Assembly: GCA_964057225.1 (NCBI GenBank)
Contig: OZ059900.1
Coordinates: 22,630,001 to 22,694,000 of the forward strand
DNA: 64,000 nucleotides
From: Auanema rhodensis
Taxonomy: Eukaryota; Animalia; Nematoda
Direction of reading: 5' to 3'
The notes beneath the pieces are model-generated. The model ran no database searches. It had not been told where the DNA came from and saw only the letters and a list, made by a program, of their open reading frames with translations. Position 1 is the stretch's first letter. Every line of letters begins with the position of its first letter. Positions 1 to 10,170 of this stretch are shown here, piece after piece. Both the position numbers and the translations under genes were made by a program.

Positions 1-2392
1 TGCATGAGTTTGAACACATGAAATCGTAAGTCAAAACCTTGTTTACAGCGAAATTTCCAAAAACTGGTTTTCCAGCATAATAAAATATTTCTCATGGGAA
101 ATACTGTGTTTTTATATTTTTCTAGTGTTCAGCATGTAAAATGCTTCATTTTAGTATGTAACACGCTGAAATTCGTTGCATTTGACGACTCATATGAACA
201 AAAATCGATTTAATCAATATTAGCCATAAGGGGCGTGCCCTCAGAATATGCTAATTTCCTTAATTTTCTAACCCCTGTTTTTTTGTCGTGAAAGTGGAAC
301 TAGACGTTGTAGGAACAATTTTGAGCTAGGTTTCATTGACATTGCATGAGTTTGAACACATGAAATCGTAAGTCAAAACCTTGTTTACAGCGAAATTTCC
401 AAAAACTGGTTTTCCAGCATAATAAAATATTTCTCATGGGAAATACTGTGTTTTTGTATTTTTCTAGCGTTCAGCATGTAAAATGCTTCATTTTAGTATG
501 TAACACGCTGAAATTCGTTGCATTTGACGACTCATATGAACAAAAATCGATTTAATCAATATTAGCCATAAAGGGCGTGCCCTCAGAATATGCTAATTTC
601 CTTAATTTTCTAACCCCTGTTTTTTTGTCGTGAAAGTGGAACTAGACGTTGTACAAACAATTTTGAGCTAGGTTTCATTGACATTGCATGAGTTTGAACA
701 CATGAAATCGTAAGTCAAAACCTTGTTTACAGCGAAATTTCCAAAAACTGGTTTTCCAGCATAATAAAATATTTCTCATGGGAAATACTGTGTTTTTGTA
801 TTTTTCTAGTGTTCAGCATGTAAAATGTTTCATTTTAGTATGTAACACGCTGAAATTCGTTGCATTTGACGACTCATATGAACAAAAATCGATTTAATCA
901 ATATTAGCCATAAGGGGCGTGCCCTCAGAATATGCTAATTTCCTTAATTTTCTAACCCCTGTTTTTTTGTCGTGAAAGTGGAACTAGACGTTGTACGAAC
1001 AATTTTGAGCTAGGTTTCATTGACATTGCATGAGTTTGAACACATGAAATCGTAAGTCAAAACCTTGTTTACAGCGAAATTTCCAAAAACTGGTTTTCCA
1101 GCATAATAAAATATTTCTCATGGGTAATACTGTGTTTTTGTATTTTTCTAGCGTTCAGCATGTAAAATGCTTCATTTTAGTATGTAACACGCTGAAATTC
1201 GTTGCATTTGACGACTCATATGAACAAAAATCGATTTAATCAATATTAGCCATAAAGGGCGTGCCCTCAGAATATGCTAATTTCCTTAATTTTCTAACCC
1301 CTGTTTTTTGTCGTGAAAGTGGAACTAGACGTTGTACGAACAATTTTGAGCTAGGTTTCATTGACATTGCATGAGTTTGAACACATGAAATCGTAAGTCA
1401 AAACCTTGTTTACAGCGAAATTTCCAAAAACTGGTTTTCCAGCATAATAAAATATTTCTCATGGGAAATACTGTGTTTTTGTATTTTTCTAGTGTTCAGC
1501 ATGTAAAATGCTTCATTTTAGTATGTAACACGCTGAAATTCGTTGCATTTGACGACTCATATGAACAAAAATCGATTTAATCAATATTAGCCATAAGGGG
1601 CGTGCCCTCAGAATATGCTAATTTCCTTAATTTTCTAACCCCTGTTTTTTGTCGTGAAAGTGGAACTAGACGTTGTACGAACAATTTTGAGCTAGGTTTC
1701 ATTGACATTGCATGAGTTTGAACACATGAAATCGTAAGTCAAAACCTTGTTTACAGCGAAATTTCCAAAAACTGGTTTTCCAGCATAATAAAATATTTCT
1801 CATGGGAAATACTGTGTTTTTGTATTTTTCTAGTGTTCAGCATGTAAAATGCTTCATTTTAGTATGTAACACGCTGAAATTCGTTGCATTTGACGACTCA
1901 TATGAACAAAAATCGATTTAATCAATATTAGCCATAAGGGGCGTGCCCTCAGAATATGCTAATTTCCTTAATTTTCTAACCCCTGTTTTTTTGTCGTGAA
2001 AGTGGAACTAGACGTTGTAGGAACAATTTTGAGCTAGGTTTCATTGACATTGCATGAGTTTGAACACATGAAATCGTAAGTCAAAACCTTGTTTACAGCG
2101 AAATTTCCAAAAACTGGTTTTCCAGCATAATAAAATATTTCTCATGGGAAATACTGTGTTTTTGTATTTTTCTAGCGTTCAGCATGTAAAATGCTTCATT
2201 TTAGTATGTAACACGCTGAAATTCGTTGCATTTGACGACTCATATGAACAAAAATCGATTTAATCAATATTAGCCATAAAGGGCGTGCCCTCAGAATATG
2301 CTAATTTCCTTAATTTTCTAACCCCTGTTTTTTTGTCGTGAAAGTGGAACTAGACGTTGTACGAACAATTTTGAGCTAGGTTTCATTGACAT

Positions 2393-3760
2393 TGCATGAG
2401 TTTGAACACATGAAATCGTAAGTCAAAACCTTGTTTACAGCGAAATTTCCAAAAACTGGTTTTCCAGCATAATAAAATATTTCTCATGGGAAATACTGTG
2501 TTTTTGTATTTTTCTAGCGTTCAGCATGTAAAATGCTTCATTTTAGTATGTAACACGCTGAAATTCGTTGCATTTGACGACTCATATGAACAAAAATCGA
2601 TTTAATCAATATTAGCCATAAGGGGCGTGCCCTCAGAATATGCTAATTTCCTTAATTTTCTAACCCCTGTTTTTTTGTCGTGAAAGTGGAACTAGACGTT
2701 GTAGGAACAATTTTGAGCTAGGTTTCATTGACATTGCATGAGTTTGAACACATGAAATCGTAAGTCAAAACCTTGTTTACAGCGAAATTTCCAAAAACTG
2801 GTTTTCCAGCATAATAAAATATTTCTCATGGGAAATACTATGTTTTTGTATTTTTCTAGTGTTCAGCAAGTAAAATGCTTCATTTTAGTATGTAACACGC
2901 TGAAATTCGTTGCATTTGACGACTCATATGAACAAAAATCGATTTAATCAATATTAGCCATAAGGGGCGTGCCCTCAGAATATGCTAATTTCCTTAATTT
3001 TCTAACCCCTGTTTTTTTGTCGTGAACGTGGAACTAGACGTTGTAGGAACAATTTTGAGCTAGGTTTCATTGACATTGCATGAGTTTGAACACATGAAAT
3101 CGTAAGTCAAAACCTTGTTTACAGCGAAATTTCCAAAAACTGGTTTTCCAGCATAATAAAATATTTCTCATGGGAAATACTGTGTTTTTGTATTTTTCTA
3201 GCGTTCAGCATGTAAAATGCTTCATTTTAGTATGTAACACGCTGAAATTCGTTGCATTTGACGACTCATATGAACAAAAATCGATTTAATCAATATTAGC
3301 CATAAGGGGCGTGCCCTCAGAATATGCTAATTTCCTTAATTTTCTAACCCCTGTTTTTTTGTCGTGAAAGTGGAACTAGACGTTGTAGGAACAATTTTGA
3401 GCTAGGTTTCATTGACATTGCATGAGTTTGAACACATGAAATCGTAAGTCAAAACCTTGTTTACAGCGAAATTTCCAAAAACTGGTTTTCCAGCATAATA
3501 AAATATTTCTCATGGGAAATACTATGTTTTTGTATTTTTCTAGTGTTCAGCAAGTAAAATGCTTCATTTTAGTATGTAACACGCTGAAATTCGTTGCATT
3601 TGACGACTCATATGAACAAAAATCGATTTAATCAATATTAGCCATAAGGGGCGTGCCCTCAGAATATGCTAATTTCCTTAATTTTCTAACCCCTGTTTTT
3701 TTGTCGTGAACGTGGAACTAGACGTTGTAGGAACAATTTTGAGCTAGGTTTCTTTGACAT
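2393..3760. repeat. Dimer (684-bp) tandem duplication in array A
   Basis: Monomers at 2735 and 3419 share three linked variants (ACTATG, CAGCAAG, GAACGTG); monomers at 2393 and 3077 match each other. Confidence 0.88.
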
Positions 3761-5128
3761 TGCATGAGTTTGAACACATGAAATCGCAAGTCAAAACCTT
3801 GTTTACAGCGAAATTTCCAAAAACTGGTTTTCCAGCATAATAAAATATTTCTCATGGGAAATACTGTGTTTTTGTATTTTTCTAGCGTTCAGCATGTAAA
3901 ATGCTTCATTTTAGTATGTAACACGCTGAAATTCGTTGCATTTGACGACTCATATGAACAAAAATCGATTTAATCAATATTAGCCATAAAGGGCGTGCTC
4001 TCAGAATATGCTAATTTCCTTAATTTTCTAACCCCTGTTTTTTTGTCGTGAAAGTGGAACTAGACGTTGTAGGAACAATTTTGAGCTAGGTTTCATTGAC
4101 ATTGCATGAGTTTGAACACATGAAATCGTAAGTCAAAACCTTGTTTACAGCGAAATTTCCAAAAACTGGTTTTCCAGCATAATAAAATATTTCTCATGGG
4201 AAATACTGTGTTTTTGTATTTTTCTAGCGTTCAGCATGTAAAATGCTTCATTTTAGTATGTGACACGCTGAAATTCGTTGCATTTGACGACTCATATGAA
4301 CAAAAATCGATTTAATCAATATTAGCCATAAGGGGCGTGCCCTCAGAATATGCTAATTTCCTTAATTTTCTAACCCCTGTTTTTTTGTCGTGAAAGTGGA
4401 ACTAGACGTTGTAGGAACAATTTTGAGCTAGGTTTCATTGACATTGCATGAGTTTGAACACATGAAATCGTAAGTCAAAACCTTGTTCACAGCGAAATTT
4501 CCAAAAACTGGTTTTCCAGCATAATAAAATATTTCTCATGGGAAATACTGTGTTTTTGTATTTTTCTAGCGTTCAGCATGTAAAATGCTTCATTTTAGTA
4601 TGTAACACGCTGAAATTCGTTGCATTTGACGACTCATATGAACAAAAATCGATTTAATCAATATTAGCCATAAAGGGTGTGCCCTCAGAATATGCTAATT
4701 TCCTTAATTTTCTAACCCCTGTTTTTTTGTCGTGAAAGTGGAACTAGACGTTGTACGAACAATTTTGAGCTAGGTTTCATTGACATTGCATGAGTTTGAA
4801 CACATGAAATCGTAAGTCAAAACCTTGTTTACAGCGAAATTTCCAAAAACTGGTTTTCCAGCATAATAAAATATTTCTCATGGGAAATACTGTGTTTTTG
4901 TATTTTTCTAGTGTTCAGCATGTAAAATGCTTTATTTTAGTATGTAACACGCTGAAATTCGTTGCATTTGACGACTCATATGAACAAAAATCGATTTAAT
5001 CAATATTAGCCATAAGGGGCGTGCCCTCAGAATATGCTAATTTCCTTAATTTTCTAACCCCTGTTTTTTTGTCGTGAAAGTGGAACTAGACGTTGTACGA
5101 ACAATTTTGAGCTAGGTTTCATTGACAT

Positions 5129-8100
5129 TGCATGAGTTTGAACACATGAAATCGTAAGTCAAAACCTTGTTTACAGCGAAATTTCCAAAAACTGGTTTTC
5201 CAGCATAATAAAATATTTCTCATGGGAAATACTATGTTTTTGTATTTTTCTAGTGTTCAGCATGTAAAATGCTTCATTTAAGTATGTAACACGCTGAAAT
5301 TCGTTGCATTTGACGACTCATATGAACAAAAATCGATTTAATCAATATTAGCCATAAGGGGCGTGCCCTCAGAATATGCTAATTTCCTTAATTTTCTAAC
5401 CCCTGTTTTTTTGTCGTGAAAGTGGAACTAGACGTTGTAGGAACAATTTTGAGCTAGGTTTCATTGACATTGCATGAGTTTGAACACATGAAATCGTAAG
5501 TCAAAACCTTGTTTACAGCGAAATTTCCAAAAACTGGTTTTCCAGCATAATAAAATATTTCTCATGGGTAATACTGTGTTTTTGTATTTTTCTAGCGTTC
5601 AGCATGTAAAATGCTTCATTTTAGTATGTAACACGCTGAAATTCGTTGCATTTGACGACTCATATGAACAAAAATCGATTTAATCAATATTAGCCATAAA
5701 GGGCGTGCCCTCAGAATATGCTAATTTCCTTAATTTTCTAACCCCTGTTTTTTGTCGTGAAAGTGGAACTAGACGTTGTACGAACAATTTTGAGCTAGGT
5801 TTCATTGACATTGCATGAGTTTGAACACATGAAATCGTAAGTCAAAACCTTGTTTACAGCGAAATTTCCAAAAACTGGTTTTCCAGCATAATAAAATATT
5901 TCTCATGGGAAATACTGTGTTTTTGTATTTTTCTAGTGTTCAGCATGTAAAATGCTTCATTTTAGTATGTAACACGCTGAAATTCGTTGCATTTGACGAC
6001 TCATATGAACAAAAATCGATTTAATCAATATTAGCCATAAGGGGCGTGCCCTCAGAATATGCTAATTTCCTTAATTTTCTAACCCCTGTTTTTTGTCGTG
6101 AAAGTGGAACTAGACGTTGTACGAACAATTTTGAGCTAGGTTTCATTGACATTGCATGAGTTTGAACACATGAAATCGTAAGTCAAAACCTTGTTTACAG
6201 CGAAATTTCCAAAAACTGGTTTTCCAGCATAATAAAATATTTCTCATGGGAAATACTGTGTTTTTATATTTTTCTAGTGTTCAGCATGTAAAATGCTTCA
6301 TTTTAGTATGTAACACGCTGAAATTCGTTGCATTTGACGACTCATATGAACAAAAATCGATTTAATCAATATTAGCCATAAGGGGCGTGCCCTCAGAATA
6401 TGCTAATTTCCTTAATTTTCTAACCCCTGTTTTTTTGTCGTGAAAGTGGAACTAGACGTTGTAGGAACAATTTTGAGCTAGGTTTCATTGACATTGCATG
6501 AGTTTGAACACATGAAATCGTAAGTCAAAACCTTGTTTACAGCGAAATTTCCAAAAACTGGTTTTCCAGCATAATAAAATATTTCTCATGGGAAATACTG
6601 TGTTTTTGTATTTTTCTAGCGTTCAGCATGTAAAATGCTTCATTTTAGTATGTAACACGCTGAAATTCGTTGCATTTGACGACTCATATGAACAAAAATC
6701 GATTTAATCAATATTAGCCATAAGGGGCGTGCCCTCAGAATATGCTAATTTCCTTAATTTTCTAACCCCTGTTTTTTTGTCGTGAAAGTGGAACTAGACG
6801 TTGTACGAACAATTTTGAGCTAGGTTTCATTGACATTGCATGAGTTTGAACACATGAAATCGTAAGTCAAAACCTTGTTTACAGCGAAATTTCCAAAAAC
6901 TGGTTTTCCAGCATAATAAAATATTTCTCATGGGAAATACTATGTTTTTGTATTTTTCTAGTGTTCAGCATGTAAAATGCTTCATTTAAGTATGTAACAC
7001 GCTGAAATTCGTTGCATTTGACGACTCATATGAACAAAAATCGATTTAATCAATATTAGCCATAAGGGGCGTGCCCTCAGAATATGCTAATTTCCTTAAT
7101 TTTCTAACCCCTGTTTTTTTGTCGTGAAAGTGGAACTAGACGTTGTAGGAACAATTTTGAGCTAGGTTTCATTGACATTGCATGAGTTTGAACACATGAA
7201 ATCGTAAGTCAAAACCTTGTTTACAGCGAAATTTCCAAAAACTGGTTTTCCAGCATAATAAAATATTTCTCATGGGTAATACTGTGTTTTTGTATTTTTC
7301 TAGCGTTCAGCATGTAAAATGCTTCATTTTAGTATGTAACACGCTGAAATTCGTTGCATTTGACGACTCATATGAACAAAAATCGATTTAATCAATATTA
7401 GCCATAAAGGGCGTGCCCTCAGAATATGCTAATTTCCTTAATTTTCTAACCCCTGTTTTTTGTCGTGAAAGTGGAACTAAACGTTGTACGAACAATTTTG
7501 AGCTAGGTTTCATTGACATTGCATGAGTTTGAACACATGAAATCGTAAGTCAAAACCTTGTTTACAGCGAAATTTCCAAAAACTGGTTTTCCAGCATAAT
7601 AAAATATTTCTCATGGGAAATACTGTGTTTTTGTATTTTTCTAGTGTTCAGCATGTAAAATGCTTCATTTTAGTATGTAACACGCTGAAATTCGTTGCAT
7701 TTGACGACTCATATGAACAAAAATCGATTTAATCAATATTAGCCATAAGGGGCGTGCCCTCAGAATATGCTAATTTCCTTAATTTTCTAACCCCTGTTTT
7801 TTGTCGTGAAAGTGGAACTAGACGTTGTACGAACAATTTTGAGCTAGGTTTCATTGACATTGCATGAGTTTGAACACATGAAATCGTAAGTCAAAACCTT
7901 GTTTACAGCGAAATTTCCAAAAACTGGTTTTCCAGCATAATAAAATATTTCTCATGGGAAATACTGTGTTTTTATATTTTTCTAGTGTTCAGCATGTAAA
8001 ATGCTTCATTTTAGTATGTAACACGCTGAAATTCGTTGCATTTGACGACTCATATGAACAAAAATCGATTTAATCAATATTAGCCATAAGGGGCGTGCCC

Positions 8101-9911
8101 TCAGAATATGCTAATTTCCTTAATTTTCTAACCCCTGTTTTTTTGTCGTGAAAGTGGAACTAGACGTTGTAGGAACAATTTTGAGCTAGGTTTCATTGAC
8201 ATTGCATGAGTTTGAACACATGAAATCGTAAGTCAAAACCTTGTTTACAGCGAAATTTCCAAAAACTGGTTTTCCAGCATAATAAAATATTTCTCATGGG
8301 AAATACTGTGTTTTTGTATTTTTCTAGCGTTCAGCATGTAAAATGCTTCATTTTAGTATGTAACACGCTGAAATTCGTTGCATTTGACGACTCATATGAA
8401 CAAAAATCGATTTAATCAATATTAGCCATAAAGGGCGTGCCCTCAGAATATGCTAATTTCCTTAATTTTCTAACCCCTGTTTTTTTGTCGTGAAAGTGGA
8501 ACTAGACGTTGTACAAACAATTTTGAGCTAGGTTTCATTGACATTGCATGAGTTTGAACACATGAAATCGTAAGTCAAAACCTTGTTTACAGCGAAATTT
8601 CCAAAAACTGGTTTTCCAGCATAATAAAATATTTCTCATGGGAAATACTGTGTTTTTGTATTTTTCTAGTGTTCAGCATGTAAAATGTTTCATTTTAGTA
8701 TGTAACACGCTGAAATTCGTTGCATTTGACGACTCATATGAACAAAAATCGATTTAATCAATATTAGCCATAAGGGGCGTGCCCTCAGAATATGCTAATT
8801 TCCTTAATTTTCTAACCCCTGTTTTTTTGTCGTGAAAGTGGAACTAGACGTTGTACGAACAATTTTGAGCTAGGTTTCATTGACATTGCATGAGTTTGAA
8901 CACATGAAATCGTAAGTCAAAACCTTGTTTACAGCGAAATTTCCAAAAACTGGTTTTCCAGCATAATAAAATATTTCTCATGGGTAATACTGTGTTTTTG
9001 TATTTTTCTAGCGTTCAGCATGTAAAATGCTTCATTTTAGTATGTAACACGCTGAAATTCGTTGCATTTGACGACTCATATGAACAAAAATCGATTTAAT
9101 CAATATTAGCCATAAAGGGCGTGCCCTCAGAATATGCTAATTTCCTTAATTTTCTAACCCCTGTTTTTTGTCGTGAAAGTGGAACTAGACGTTGTACGAA
9201 CAATTTTGAGCTAGGTTTCATTGACATTGCATGAGTTTGAACACATGAAATCGTAAGTCAAAACCTTGTTTACAGCGAAATTTCCAAAAACTGGTTTTCC
9301 AGCATAATAAAATATTTCTCATGGGAAATACTGTGTTTTTGTATTTTTCTAGTGTTCAGCATGTAAAATGCTTCATTTTAGTATGTAACACGCTGAAATT
9401 CGTTGCATTTGACGACTCATATGAACAAAAATCGATTTAATCAATATTAGCCATAAGGGGCGTGCCCTCAGAATATGCTAATTTCCTTAATTTTCTAACC
9501 CCTGTTTTTTTGTCGTGAAAGTGGAACTAGACGTTGTACGAACAATTTTGAGCTAGGTTTCATTGACATTGCATGAGTTTGAACACATGAAATCGTAAGT
9601 CAAAACCTTGTTTACAGCGAAATTTCCAAAAACTGGTTTTCCAGCATAATAAAATATTTCTCATGGGAAATACTGTGTTTTTGTATTTTTCTAGTGTTCA
9701 GCATGTAAAATGCTTCATTTTAGTATGTAACACGCTGAAATTCGTTGCATTTGACGACTCATATGAACAAAAATCGATTTAATCAATATTAGCCATAAGG
9801 GGCGTGCCCTCAGAATATGCTAATTTCCTTAATTTTCTAACCCCTGTTTTTTTGTCGTGAAAGTGGAACTAGACGTTGTAGGAACAATTTTGAGCTAGGT
9901 TTCATTGACAT
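5129..9911. repeat. 5-monomer higher-order repeat in array A (1708 bp, about 2.8 units)
   Basis: Variant GGGTAATAC at 5569, 7277 and 8985 (spacing 1708), each in a T6 monomer. ACTATG+TTTAAG monomers at 5129 and 6837; TTTATATT monomers at 6153 and 7861. Confidence 0.88.
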
Positions 9912-9970
9912 TGCATGAGTTTGAACACATGAAATCGTAAGTCAAAACCTTGTTTACAGCGAAATTTCCA

Positions 9971-10170
9971 NNNNNNNNNNNNNNNNNNNNNNNNNNNNNN
10001 NNNNNNNNNNNNNNNNNNNNNNNNNNNNNNNNNNNNNNNNNNNNNNNNNNNNNNNNNNNNNNNNNNNNNNNNNNNNNNNNNNNNNNNNNNNNNNNNNNNN
10101 NNNNNNNNNNNNNNNNNNNNNNNNNNNNNNNNNNNNNNNNNNNNNNNNNNNNNNNNNNNNNNNNNNNNNN
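9971..10170. other. Assembly gap, exactly 200 N (placeholder join; true length unknown)
   Basis: 200 consecutive N between two unrelated satellite arrays. The round size indicates a scaffolding or curation placeholder. Confidence 0.98.

Larger units (their letters stand above)
1..9970. repeat. Satellite array A: 342-bp tandem monomer (341-bp variant), 29 full copies plus a 59-bp partial copy
   Basis: TGCATGAGTTTGAACACATG recurs at 1, 343, 685, 1027, 1368, 1709, 2051 ... 9570, 9912 (spacing 342, or 341 where CCCTG-T7 is T6). Copies differ at only a few sites. 115/342 G+C in copy 1. Truncated by the window start and by the gap. Confidence 0.99.

Noticed and set aside
171-187. CENP-B-box-like ATTCGTTGCATTTGACG in monomer A
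   Set aside because: It matches TTCG and the central A of NTTCGNNNNANNCGGGN but lacks the essential CGGG (about 6 of 9 core bases).
1-342. Assignment to primate alpha satellite (171/342-bp periodicity) or another named family
   Set aside because: Only the length coincides; I do not recognise the sequence as alpha satellite and cannot support any family name without a search.
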